Assembly: GCA_003344405.1 (NCBI GenBank)
Contig: NOWV01000110.1
Coordinates: forward strand, 1-64,000
Direction of reading: 5' to 3'
From: Trichoplax sp. H2
Lineage: Eukaryota
DNA length: 64,000 nucleotides
Below are positions 29,301-44,300 of the stretch, piece after piece (within the stretch, counting starts at the first letter, position 1; each line of letters begins with the position of its first letter). The notes below the pieces were generated by a model that saw only the letters and a program-made list of their open reading frames with translations, did not search any database and was not told where the DNA came from. The position numbers were made by a program, and so were the translations under genes.

Positions 29301-32300
29301 GAGATGTAAGCTTTGCTTTTAGATTTTTTAATTAAGTATATTCGCGGTTATCTAAGGAAATACCGGAATTTCTAATTGCAAAGTGTCCATGTCGAGTATA
29401 GTAATTAATAAGAAATGTGAGTAATATTAGCTCATTGCTGCAAATAAACACTTTTCAGCCGGAAATTTCGGCTTCTTTGGTATTAGCATTCCGTTTGCAT
29501 ACACGATATTAGGACCTTGCAGTAATTTGAAATGTTACAAAAAATTTAATATAAATTAAGAATATTAAAATTGAATATATTAAATTCAGTTGTGATACAG
29601 CAACTATGAAATGAGGCATAACTACGAATCTGAAAGTTCACACTAAAGAACTAACTAAACATGATAGTTTAATTGCATTGTTTAATGTTATTTCAATCCA
29701 ATAGATATTTAGGCTTTTCAAATTATCGAAGTATTGGGTGTGAAACCTTTTCTCAATTACCCAGAATTAGCCTTTTGTAAGAAATCTTTTATTCGGTCTA
29801 ATTATAGATAATATTATAAAACTGAATCCTAATTCAATTTATTTAGATACCTAAATTCGGGTATAATATCTCATATTTGCGATGAAGCATTTAGGGACCT
29901 TAGGCACCTTTCTATCTTGTAATATGGCTAGTAAATGTTATGCAAACATATTAGCGAGACCACTAACGTGATAAATTTGATTTCATACGGTAATCGATGC
30001 AATTCAAGTTTCTTACTGCTTGTCTTAAATATTAAACAGAAATTTAGGAAGCAATAGACTGAAGCATTTAAGCGAATACACTTTTTCTGGGCTCGCATCA
30101 TTAAAGATTTTGTAAGGAGATTATTTGGCTGTTATAGCATTCTTCGTTAGGATCAGACTATTAACCTTTTAAGTACTTTACAGTACTATGGCAACATAAC
30201 GTGACCATCACTGTTTTTTTTCGATTAATTAATCTAACCACTGTAATGAATTCATTATTTAATTAAATTATGGAAAGTAAAACACTTAACACCTCTTGCC
30301 ATGGACTACTAGATAAATGGAATATCTTGAATCGAGTGGTCCATGGCTACACAGTATCATTGGTGACTTTACATCGGTGAAAAGTGAACAAGGGAATCTT
30401 GAAGCTATCATCTTCGCCATTCACTTGTCCACTTTTTCTTTCGCTTCAGTTACAGTACTGAAAGACGGAGATCGTAATCTTCTCTGTCTCGATCGTGCCC
30501 GTAGTTGTAGTTCCCTCCTCTCTCTCTCTCTTTGATTTACTTAGGCCAATAAAGCTTCTTTTCTTCGGGAACAATTGTGTCTCTTGTCGACAGTCTAAAA
30601 CCCAGAACGTGAATGCAGTAATGTAGAACTACACGACAGCAGGTCTATTGTAGAGGTCTATTCCTTTCCGTGTTGAACGATCCGCTAACGTTGGTAACCG
30701 GTTGGAAACCAGTGATGCTATCAGTAGCAGCTGTTAACATCGCCACTAGTATCGTCGTATTTATTAACCTCCATAGTAGTCAAACGATTAAAGCCACGCT
30801 GCATAATAAGCGTTAACAGGACAGCACTAGTGCAAGTACTTGTGTACAGAACGCGAATGCTAAATCATACTACTGTACACTTCATGCTTTTACCAGTAAA
30901 GCAAAGCATCGCGATGCGTATACGAGCCCTTTATTTGTTTGCTATTCGTCAACTCCGTCGACTACTGCAAGTACTTCTGTACAGAACGCGAATGCTAAAT
31001 CATACTACACTCCTTGCTTTTACCAGTAAAGCAAAGCATCGAGATGAGCATGTGAGCGCTTTATTTGTTTGCTTTTCCTCCACTCCGTCGACTACTGCTT
31101 CTACTGTTGAGCACGAGCTGTGCCAGTTAGGATCGATTCAAGTTGCAACCAGTGTTTTAAATTGACAAAAATTTTTAATAATCGCACGTCGTTTAATTTA
31201 TAAAGCAAATTAATTTTTCAAACTATTACCCACTCTTCACCCAATAACACAAACTAAGTTTAAAATACTAAAATCTTAAAAATATTAGCAAAAGCAGATG
31301 TATTAATTAGTAAAAATTCAAAAAATTGGTTAATACTTTCAATACTGATCTTATGATACCGTAGTCTAATTTATTCATCGCCTCTATATAAGTCGTGGCG
31401 GATTTATTGCTTTCCGTAATACCTATAATTTTGCATAGGGAAAATGTAGTGCTATGAATCTTAAATTCATTTTCTACTGTTGCAGCATCTAACACCAAAT
31501 CATCTAGTGTAAAATTATCATTCAAATGTTACGCTAATCTATCAGATTGACCTAATACTACTGCAATTGAATTATTCTTTTATTAGGCGCCTTTTTGCTG
31601 ATATTTTAACTTTAACAATAATTATTGGTTGTAAAAATCTCGCTAAAATTTGAAACCTGAGCATTTATAAATGGGAATGATCTTTGCCGTTCCGCAGTTA
31701 TTTTAGGAATAATGGCTTTATTAAGAGAATATTATTTTAATTTTTCAAATATTTTTCCTTAAAATATAAATTACATTGTCAAGATTCCTAGAGATAGTCT
31801 ATACCGTTAAATTGATGTAAATATGAGTTCTCCAAAGCGTAAATGAACGTTTTATGTTTTTATACTGTATTATTTAAAAAATTACCATACATTTTAATTG
31901 CAAGCATTAATCTGAATATTAATGTAAGATTTAAACATAATCTTGCTTTTATTCTTTGCAGCATGCGCTAATATAAATTAAATTTAAAGTAAATTTGAGC
32001 TTAAGCTTATAATAATTGTTGGTCATTCTCTGTAGGAATTTACAATTGAATTTGCTCGAGCATTTACCAGCTAAAGTTTTCACTTCCGTTCCTGATCTAA
32101 GAATTCTGTAGGCGCTTTCATATTTCCGATACACCTTGTGCTTCATGTAGTCAGTAACATCTTCTAAGCTATTGCAATTTTGAAATTTCTTACTACCTTA
32201 AATCTGTTTACTGTAACTGACAGTACACCAGGAGTAAATAAAAATCAGACTTAACTTATCAAATAAAGCTTTCATGTTTCAGGTCGATTTGATCTACAAA

Positions 32301-35300
32301 AGTAACTGTCTTTCAAATTGTAGATTTATACATAGAAATAATTTTAAAACCATTGATGAAAATATCTGCGATGGTCCTAAATATTTACATTGGATGTGAG
32401 TATGTCGTATTGACAATACCAGTTTGGACTGGCTGATGTATAATAATTGACTTTAAGTTTCCAGACTTTTAAACAAATTCGATTTTAATTTTTGTGTAGG
32501 TAATGCCTAATGTATTTTAATTTAGCGATATTTATATAAATAAATACAGCATATAATGATTTTAGCGTATCTCATATAAACTAGTTATGTTATCACCGCT
32601 CATCAAATTCCTAAATTGTAGAAAATTTGAACATTCTTAGATTTTATACAAGATGGTCTAAATACAGCTCTACTTTAACAAAATGCGTACAAGCACTAGA
32701 AAAGATATTTAGAAATAACAATTGAATTACCTAATGTTGCCTATTTGTGTACTTACCGTTGCTTCTGCAGTCTCGAGCAGTATAGCTGTCATAGCAATAT
32801 ACTACATTATTTCACAATTATTCAAGTTATAGTTATCAATATTTACCGGCCATGTACTGCGAAGGATCATTTACAAAAAATGTTATTGTAGCAGCGACAA
32901 TATTTATGTAGATATTGTTTCCGACCAGTTACAGTACGATGAACTATTTATATACTAACGTAGAAGTTGTGCATCTATCTTTACTTTTAGCATTAAATAA
33001 TGATTCGGCACCTAACGAGCTGTATACCGTCATCTGCACTTTAAAATAGAATCTACATTTATAGTCTATTTTCTACAAATTACTAAATACGCCTGACGAT
33101 ATAATATCGTAAGCTTAGGTACCATACATCGAAATAGCCATGACTATTAATTTACAATTCAATACGACGTCACATCACAATTGGCTTTAATTTTATAAAT
33201 ATTCATTATAAAATAATCTTTGCAAACAGATTTACATACTAATTTTTATTACAGAGCCCTGTTTGCTAATCAAATAGAATCACTTAATGTCCAAGCTTTA
33301 AAGGGTTGCTCCAAAACTATACAAAATTTGTAAGAAATTTATAAAACATGACTCTTTCATTATATACTAATTGAAATAGGTATCATACATCTGATTAAAT
33401 ATAACAATTGATCAATCTTACGGTACGATAATGAGCTAATAAGCAATCAAAATATTACGACTTAACTTTAAACCAAATAAACTTAGAGATTTAGATGCCA
33501 ATATAATCCGGTATATCAATACATCAGATTTTTCAATTTTTCCTAAATTGAAAAAACTGTAAGTCAATTATCGTAAGTTACCAAGAAATTTAATTTAAAT
33601 TACTATTGTTTTCATGCAATATATACGTCATACTATAGACGCTTATATTTGATTGCATGACATAAACCGTTAACTTTCGCTTTAAAGGCACTGACTTTTG
33701 CTCCTGATTAATATCGTGTAGTACTTCTTATATTAAGATCTTAAAACTTTACTCGAATGATCGATAGTTACTCAGTAACTATAATAAAGAATTAAAGATG
33801 GATTCCTTAATGATCTATCTTATAAAAATATAGTAGATGAACATAAACAGTAGCATCGAAAGAATTGATAATTTTTTAAATCTTGTTAAAACATGAAGCT
33901 GCCATCTTTTCTTCATTAATTTCGAAGGTTTTGTATAAAACACTACATAAAATTTTCGAATTGCTTTTTATAATACACTAAAATGTACTGTAAGGTTGTG
34001 CTGGTTTGCAGAATTAGCATGTAATACGATAATTTTCCTTTTGATATACTGCATCCTATGCAGAAATTTTGTACGGTTGCAAAGTCAGTAACCGTCTAAT
34101 TTTAAGGATGGGTATATAATGGCTTTTATAGCCTAATAACCAATACACGTTAATATGATTACAATATCTAATTATACTGCAGGTAATTCTAATATGCTGC
34201 ACAGTATTACTATAAAATTTGAACTACAAAATACAGATTACAGTTCGTGTAAGATGCAACATGCCTTAACATAATTCTTACTATCTAACGAAGAATTAGT
34301 TTCAGTCACAATTAAATAACCAGTTATTGTAAGTAATTTTACTTCTTCGGCAAGCAATAAAATTCTGATATAATAACATTGCTATAAGTTTTCAACAATA
34401 TCATTTTTTGATAACGATAGTCGTTTCTTCTAAATTTACCTTTAAGACATTTTAAATATTGTTAGATGGATTTTAACGGTAGCTGTAGGCATTTTAATTT
34501 TTACTATTTTAGAAATATTGTGAGTTGGCAAGCTCAATCCTTTATTATTTATGTGATTATAGATGATAAAATGCCAGGATATAGTTCAACCTTAGTAGGT
34601 TTTCCTTTGTTTCTCATTGACTAATTAAATATCTTGTCATAACTATGCCGTTATAGAAACTTAGGTTTTAATCCAATCGAAAAATTAGAATCTGCGCCGA
34701 ATGTAAAATCTTTATATGAGTTTGAAACCTTGTAAGAGACTAAGATAAATAATGATATTATTATTAGCTAAAATTTAAAGTGAACCTTGATTTTTCGTGT
34801 TCTAATCTATCGTGCGGTACTATGGAAATCCGGATAAGGAAGTAATGTTGCACCTGCCCTTTATTGAGATTGATCAATTTGCTAAATTGCGTATAAAAGT
34901 AGTATAATCTGATAAAATAGACTTGCACATGCTTAGTTTGTGAGGAGCTAGCAAAGTATGGCATCACTAAATCAATCCTGGCAATTTTTACTAGTGTTGT
35001 TCACGTTTATATCTATAGAATGAAAGAGAAATTATAATAGAATCGATCGATTATTAGTGTTTCGCTGATGTTTTTTGCCATGTATTTGGATTGTACTGTA
35101 ACTGTAATCTACTCTTAAACATAGACATTTTGTATTGCTATTAAATACAGACACATTTACAGTCTGTTCGCTCTACATTCAAATATGGCTTACTACATTT
35201 AGTTATTACAGTCCTCGCTATTTTCTACAATCAACTGCTATTCTATAACCTGTTATGGTATATGTTGTATCTAATCCTACAATCATGTTCTCTGCATGTG

Positions 35301-38300
35301 TTCTAATGCCATAGCTATAAATACCGCCGTTTTCTACCTTAGATTTGTTAAGTGGCATTATTAGTCACAGTTAGTATTCACACTTTACTCATGGCAGCTA
35401 CCACGCTGATCTACCGCCATTATCACATTGTACCTAAGTACTATCTACAATAAAGTATCCTCTTTTCTTAACCTCCTTGATCAATTCTCTGCATGGCAAC
35501 TAAAATTATTATCTGACTCTTCGAATCCTCTATCACATTTTTAATAGACTACTGAAAGAAAATCCTAATAGCAACTTAAATGGAGGGGCACTGAATATTT
35601 TTAATCGAGCGGTTCGCGTGTAAGACATTCTATATGCTCAATTATAGGTGGTATCTAGAAATTAAAAATAGAATATATTACTGATTCACTACCATTTTAT
35701 TAATCATTTATGGCAATAGAGAATCATCAGTATTGGATTTTAATAACAGTAAATGGACTACAATAGCAAAATATGCAAATTTACGCACCTTGTAAGTGTA
35801 GAGTTTGCCTTTTATCTGTAATGAATTTATTTCTAGTTGTAAGAGATTTGCTTTGATGTTAAATTTCGCAGTTAATTAGCCATTTTTGGAACTAATATTT
35901 TCCTTTAAATTGTCTAGGATCATGTTTGGGTGTCGCATTCCACGAAGTTATACGTTCTCTTATCATTTAAAGTTACAATACCTGTAAAAGAATAGAAATG
36001 ATACTCTAAAACTTTATAGATAATTGAACTTAGAATTAAAGCGTTATCATTAAACTAGAATTGCATAATAACCGCGTTTAATTTTTGCTTGTTCAGGAAT
36101 TTGAATAACCTGCAACGTAGTATAGATTCGTTACATAGAGACCTATTTTATGGATTATATAGTTTAAAATATTTGTAAGTGTAGCAGTAACAGAAAAAGT
36201 TTTTTCAGATAATTGTATTTAGGGACATTAATCTTATTGATCTATTATATTAAAAAGGTATCAACATTTCGCTAATTGATTTTATGTTCTGATAGAACTG
36301 CAACTGATAATAGATTTCTCGCAGTCAGAAATGATAGCTTTCCTCTATTACTATCGCTAAAGTACCTGTAAGTTAAAATTTGAGAGCTAAAGATTAATAT
36401 TCTGCTATTAATGTGCCGCAGTTTTTTTAGATTATAATCTTGGTATTAGATGTGATGATTACGTGCGAAATTCACTAATAACAAACATCGATCACAAAGT
36501 TTTGATTGAAAATTTTCTAGGTATTTAGATTTCAACCTCATTAGTTCAATCCAGGACAACAGTTTTAGCTCATTGCCCTTTTTAATTAATTTGTAAGTTT
36601 TGATCCATAAATTTTAACTGGTAATGTAACAATTCGAGAAAAATTTAATTGGTATTAAGGTAAACTTTGGTCTAATCTAACTCCGCTAATAATGATTTAC
36701 TAAATTTACGGATAGTATGTGAATAAGCTCACAAGTGAAAGATTATTCTACCCATGAATCAAAGAATAACACGCTTATCGTAAAAATGCCCAGTATTTTG
36801 ATATTTTATTCTAAATCTGAAAAATTATTTCCAGATCAATATCATTCAATAAGTTATACACTATCACCAAAAAGGCATTTCTATTTTTATCAAATTTAAA
36901 TTCTTTGTAAGTCTACACATGTATTAAAACTTTTAATTTACACCATAATAAGTGATTAGAGTTAATACGCCCAAAATTATTCTATATGATGCAATTTCAA
37001 TTATAGAAATTTAACTGGAAATTTGATCACGAGCATTGAAGAATTTGCATTTCAAGATCTAGTTCAATTACGAATTCTGTAAATTTCTTTTGAAGATAAT
37101 GACTGCTTTAATTAAGTATAGGAGTGACGTACAGTTTCAAAATAATCTATTTTTCATTCGAAGTAATGATATTGCCTTAATGACTTCAATAATGCACTAC
37201 TACTAGTCTCTTAAACAGCAATAAATTAAAAGCGCTTGGAACAAACACATTTAAGGGCCTAAAGAATTTACATGAACTGTAAGCACATTCTTCATTACAG
37301 CTTTCTTTCTGCGTACATGTATGTTAGCTTTATAAAGAAGTTATGAAGTTTAATTACACTGTCGCATAATTTCTTATAGTTTCCTTCATTTAAATTAAAG
37401 TTCTTAATAAAGTGTAATCGCGGCTAGTCTTTATGTTAATAGATCTCATCGTAATAACCCAAGAATATTTCTAATATTTCATGCAAATTACTCCACCAGT
37501 ATAGATATCACGGTGGTTGCTATATTTTTAAGTTATATAGTCTCAAATTGAATATTTTACAAATTTTATTTTGTTTGAATTGAGGAGGACTTCCTATTAG
37601 CCAGTTTAGACTTCAGGAAAATTTTCTGCCTGGTTTTATGACGCTTTTACAATTAACGTATTTCAAAAATATTTGTCTTAGTCATTTGAGAGCAAATCAA
37701 CTAGAACATGTGAATTTGATGAGCTTCAAGGCCATACCAAGTTTATATAAATTGTAAGTATATCATTTACATAAGTCAAATGCATAAATACAGCAGCTAA
37801 CAGTAATGAGAAACAAAGAGTATAAAGGTTGTTTGCTAACTGAAGAGGAAACTATCAGCGCTGACAATGTTTTGTTAATTGAAGATTTTCGCCAATTACA
37901 CTAGACTCAACGTTTAAATTTATTCTTACGGCCGTAATTTATGTCCATTAATGTAATGTAGGAAATGCTTCTTATAGTAGTAGGGTTAAATAAAGATACG
38001 AGTTTTTCACAAGAATCTGTCCTCTTACCTATCGCAGTTTTAGTAATCTTATTCTATACTGCACTCACACTTGTTTAAGTATGCATAGAACAAGCGAAGA
38101 TTACCAGTAACAAGATCAAAAACAGATTTCCAAAATCTCTAACATACTTGCAGACTAGTTAATTTGTTTACCCTGACCTAAAAATGGGTAGATTTATCAT
38201 TCTTCTGATATTACCAACTGTAGTGCTGCACTCATATTCGATTGTGTTAATAACTATATTTGATATAGTTAGGTTACTCTGAATAGATATTATCATGAAG

Positions 38301-41300
38301 CTGTAATGTAACTTAGTATTGTAATTGTACAGTAGACTGTTAGCTATGTTTCGTATAATGTACGGTAGATATTTATCCTAAGAGATATTTGATAGCTATA
38401 ACTATAGACTGTAGTGGTAGAGACTCTATACTAGAGTACAGATGACTATATACGGTAAGTTGTTGAGTTACTAATAAGGCTATAGGTAAAAATAGAACTG
38501 TAAATCATATATTAGGATATGGTTAATTCATTGTACTTTGGCTAGTGTGAATAATGTCTACGTAAGTACTGTAGTCATATCCATATCGGATTAATGATGG
38601 TCCGCAGTAGAATAGTCTTACTAAGAATAATTTAACTATGTGTAAAATAAGGTAAAAGGTTGCCATGCGGATTGTAGCTGCAAATGCTACGAAAAGTATA
38701 AAAGCATGCAGCCTTAGATTATTCAGTTACTTCGTTGTAGAAGTCTTTAGAAGTAGTATTCGGCTAGAGTAGAGCTGTGTGTAGTTAATCTTTGTATAAG
38801 ATTCAATAAAGTCCTTAATTTTCTAAAATTTGGAATTTCGTGACTGGTATATATTACAGAAGCTTATATTAGATGATTGCTAACTACTATATAGAAATTG
38901 TTGATGACTAATATTAGCCAGTTGACTAATTATGGTACAAGATTATGTAGCTAGAAACACTGTAGTTGATTTGGATTGTAGAAGATAATGATGCACTATT
39001 TGAGAAAAGTACTTTGTTAGATAGTCCATGTCTGATTGTAGATTAATCAAGTTATCATAAATAGATTTAATGAAATATATTTAAGAACTGCAGAGATTAG
39101 TTCAAGGGAAAAGAAATCTCACTTCGCTTTGAGCTCGGGATACTTTAGATTTTAGACTGGATTCTTGTAGCAATTAATTATTGCTCTACTATTCCTAAAA
39201 CCTTGTAATAAAAGCCCATTAGAACATATCATTTGACTAAGATAGTTATTGTGAGACATTTTTATTACATTTACACCAACCTTCAATTTATTTAGTTATA
39301 TTACTAGTCATAGCCTGGTCCAGGGTCTCAAGAAGTTTCCTTTCTATTTCATAATCGACTTACGAAACAATTTAATTTATTAGGCACTATTTATAGCTCT
39401 ATATTACATGCTGTGATACTTAATATATCATAGTTCAAGCAACTAACTATTTACCTCCCCCTCAACGCAGTGCTTCGATTAAGATAGTGAAGCAAATAAA
39501 TGGGTAGAAACATAGCCATCGAAAATAGTCGAATGCTCAGACGAACTGATAAGATTGAAACCTTGCGATAACAATCTGTCCTTTATTGATTAACTTAGAC
39601 TTTAATATACATCCTGCTTACTTATTTTGTAACAGTGCAATGTTTAAAGTAATTGCTTAAAAATTAACGACTGATACTTAATTATAAATTTGTTTAAGGA
39701 TTTCTTATATGTAAATATACGAGTAAACATCGAATTAGGATAGTAAAAAAAATTTTTGCATTTGCTATGAATCATAAATGATAGACGGAAAGTTTATTCC
39801 TAACTAAGTGCATTTAACTTTTACCGTTGAAAATTTTTTTAAGAAACCTAATATCGAACCAAATAAATAAATTTATTGTCAATGATGAAAATCAGCAATC
39901 TGCAGCGCTGCAGGCAGAGATAATGTAAGTTATTTCTTAAATAAAAATCATCAATATCACAATTATGACTGAGCTTAAGCTTTCGAAATATCGATAGTTT
40001 AATGTCAACTTTGCCCACATTTACATATTATATATTTTGGCTCTATAGTGAACTTGACGACAACAAATTTAACCCGGTATATTGGAAACAATTTCAATGT
40101 GACCGTTTACGAGAGATGTAAGTAAAAAGTTGAGTAGATTCATACTTCTCCAGTGTACGACAAGGTACTATACTTTCGTTGTATGAATAGAAGTAAAAAC
40201 TCATAAAACTAATCTTCCAACAAGCCGCTTATTATACTTGTAAGGAAGTTGTTAGTCTTACTTACAGTATCTCTCCGTAGTTAGTTGGAGTGACTAAGTA
40301 GCTAGTAAGTTAGTTGATCACTCACATCAGAATAGAGTAGACAGTGGGATTACTGCTGTGAGTGATAATAGTAAATATTGAAAATATGATACTAGGTTCT
40401 AAGAGAAGATTTGTTGATTTTGCTTTTTCGTTATGTGATCACAGAGATGGTTTCTAATATATGTTTATCGCAGATTAGCGGATTTGCTTAATTAAGCAAT
40501 AGCTTGATGTCACAAAACAGCTTTGCAACAAGATAACGTAATATACGGTCAATAAGTCAATTCCTTGAACCAAGTATCAAGGAACGATATCTGCACTATC
40601 AAAAACACTTTTGCTCTACTAGCAGACTACACAAAGACTTAGACGCCTCGTATTTTACGTTAAACACTAAGTTTGAGAATTCACTTTATTACACGATATA
40701 ATGCATTTATATACTATTCCTCAATAGTTCATGAGTCATAGTTAATACAATTAACATTGGAATCATTTACTGAATTAGATATTAATTTTAGCTACTGCTC
40801 CCTTAACGCAGACAACAGCATTTACGAACATAGACATGTAATGACTAATGCAGAATAGTCAGATTACGATATGTCCTATCATGGAACATTTCCATGATAA
40901 TTTACAATCTACCATAAGTAAATTACAATTACAATGATTCGAACTGTAAGTAGATGATTTACATTCCCTATTATAACTATTAATTTCAGTATGTGTATAA
41001 GTGTCACTGTCATAAAATGTCAGTGCTATATTAAAACATAGTATATCCAAATTAGAAGTTAACTAAATAAGGATAGTCTAACAGGATTATCCTAACATAG
41101 ATATGTCTACTATAATGCAGTATTTAACACTGTAACACTTGATCAGAATTTTAAATGAATGGTATCGCTTGCCTGCCTATAATATATTAAAATTATCTGT
41201 TTCATTTATTTGGCGTATTTGTTACGAAGCTAAGGTGCTAGCACTATAATCCTATCGGATATCAGCACAGTTTAAGGCATATATCGTTTCCTTTTCTAAC

Positions 41301-44300
41301 GATGTTTAAATGGCATCGAAATTCTTTTTTCGATTTTACATTTATTACAATATTGTCTTAAGGGTAAACTCTTGACAGAACTTCGTTTATAATTTAATAT
41401 AATGGTTAATGTATAACCTGCATAAATTGTTATTAAATATTTAAGAGTAAATCATAGCAATTAAACTTTACAATAAATAACATTTTAGTAAATGCTACAA
41501 ATGTAAAATACGGGACTTACATTCTGGTTACTTCGCGAATATGACCAATCTTCAGACAGTGTAAGTTTACTAAGTTTTATACGCAATGATTGATGATTTT
41601 TATTCAGTCTATGTTACTTTTAAGGGCTATCAAAAATCTAGCTAATACGCATTTCATTACAGGTAATTTGGATTAGTCTATTTTAAATACTAAAATAATT
41701 TCTTCCAAATACAAAAAGAGATTTGGCAGGAAACATATTAACTAGTTTACCAGCCAATTTATTTCAAAATACGCCCTATCTGCAAAGCATGTAAGTACTA
41801 TAAAATATCCGATCTATTCACTTAATCATTAATATGGTCAGTTTATAGCGCTATCGCACATAGTAAAAGTGCAATTAGTATTATTTGTCGATTTATTGAT
41901 CAGCTTAATTAAATTTCGCTAGCGATTTCTCTTTAAATGGATTACGAAGTTTTGACTTTGTAATGACTGAGCACCTGGAGAATCTGCAGGCTCTGTATGT
42001 ATTATAGAAATATAAATTTTAGTCTATGCTATCAATTTCATTATGTTTTTATTATCTGGATGTCACAAACCAGCTTCGTGACAAAGATAACGTAATACAA
42101 ATCTCTAAATTAATATAGTCTGCGAGATTCAATATCCCTTAATTACCTCACAAGAATTTAGACGCCTTTGATCCTACGTTAAACTCACCTAGACAATTGA
42201 GAAATACTTTATTCAACTATCAGACGGGCTTATATACCGTTCTACAGCAGCTAACATTCATGAGTCATCTTATAAAAATACTTAGGTGAGAACGTCTACT
42301 AACTAATTTTTCACTGTAGGACTAAAATATGTCCATTCACAGAATCATTTCAGTGCACATTACAGCACAGCATTAAATTTACTGTAACAAATTTATAATT
42401 AGAGTAATTCCTATTGTAAGTAACTAGTTGTAATATATTATCACCATATTATATTAACCAAATTTAGATAGCTATTTCTTCACGGTAGTTCGTACCGTGA
42501 CACTGGATTATATAATATACGCTATTTACAGCTTATTTCAAAAGCATTCAGTATGGCAGGATTAGCTGTACATTTAATGATATGTAAAAGGTCTTACTAT
42601 CAAATGATAGATCATAGTCATCCCCATTATTATAAAGGAAAATTTTATAACTCAACAGTTCAACAAATTCATTCAATTTAAAAGAATCTGATTCTAGCAA
42701 TATAAATTATGCACATGAGTTCAAAGGAATCATGAGTCCAGCAGCTTCTAAATAGTTTAACCCAATCTATCTACGGCAGCAAATTTGCCTGCTATCAGGC
42801 TAAAACTATTAAAAATGAACTTTTCCTCGAATTTAAAATCGACGAATTCTACCGCAAGAATATATTCTCTTCAGATATGATTTATCTTCTAGTAATATCT
42901 AATCCTGCAAGATATTGGACATCTTCATAATTACAGTACATTAATTGATCTAAAAGGTGCTATAGTATAACTAGATAAGCGTCAATTATATATGATCACA
43001 ACCAAGTAGACGTAATAATAAAGACTTAGTTAAGACCTATCTGATTGATTTCTAACAGAAACCTCTTAGGCCTTTTTTTCGCCGTTTTGAACTATTATTA
43101 ATCAACTAAGATGAGTTTTAGCAATCAATATTGTTACTAACATAAATAATGCATTACGTGCAGTATCTAAAGCTATTATTTCTCTGATTTAATTATTTGG
43201 AGATATCAATGTAATCAAATGTAGGCTGCATTACTCTTGTACTTTCATTAATTTACCTCAAAACAGAATAACGAAATGAAAAATTCTTCTTCTAAATCAC
43301 AGTAGCCGTTTAGCAACTCTGCATATACAGGCAAATTTTTTCTTCATCTTATGTTCTAATCGAAAAATTAATATTAAAGATCGATATTTTTGGGGTCACT
43401 AATACCAGTGTACATCATATTGCAGATTATACTGTCGTTCTTTTATTCCGTAAGACTAGATGCATCTTTAAAGTATTCGAAAGCAAGCTGTAGAAATATA
43501 TAAAATTCAGGCTACGATGCTTTGATAGACTTGCCAGCTGTCACTCCCTTCAATAAGCAAGCTAAGACTGAGAATCGATTAAACTGTGAACCGACTAATT
43601 TTTGAACCATAAATAAATTTGAATCTAATGTAGATGAATCGTGTAATTGTAATTATCAGAAAAAGATGCTAATGGGCGTAGTCCTTAGTCAAAGAACTAA
43701 TTTGTAAATTATATTATAATTCTGTAAGAAATTGAAGTCTTGCTTTATTTTAAGACCCTGACTGCAACATTTTACTAAAAATGAAGCTGATATTATTGTG
43801 AATGTTTTATTGCTCTACTTTATATACGCTCGTAAATACGGAGAAATGCAAAGACTATTGCGATAATTGCAAAGTTCATTACCTACCGTTAGTAAAGCAA
43901 GCACTGGCTTGCTTTCTGATTTTACAGGAATAAAATTATATATTTATACAGTAATGTAATGCAACAGCACATTTTATTGATTCGAATAAGATATCTTGGA
44001 ATTATAATTATAGATTTGTATGGATATCATTTTTCATTTATCACGTTTAATTTTAAATTTTTAAACGTGAATCTGGTTCACGGTAACGCTTTAAAATTAT
44101 TGTCAATCTTATAATTACATAGATATCTACCATTTAATGCCTTGACTCATCTGCAAATGAAAACTGCGAAGAATACCCAGACAATAAAAAATTTGTAAGT
44201 TAGCTGCAATAGTTTATGTATAGGTCAGCAATTAAAGTTGTTCTATAAGTTATATGCTGCTGTATTTCACGATTGCTTTTTGTCTGCTAGCAAATGAGTT

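Noticed and set aside
30826-31098. CRISPR-like array, or the 30830-31165 ORF as a gene
   Set aside because: Only two long tandem units without spacers, in eukaryotic DNA; the ORF is a by-product of the repeat.
34513-34519. 7-nt AG/GTGAGT-bounded micro-exon (aaatatt)
   Set aside because: Not a multiple of 3, so it would frameshift the LRR chain. Could be a collapsed exon relic or chance.
35090-35500. Further LTR-like block (TATAAATA, AATAAA)
   Set aside because: No matching termini, TSD or second copy found.
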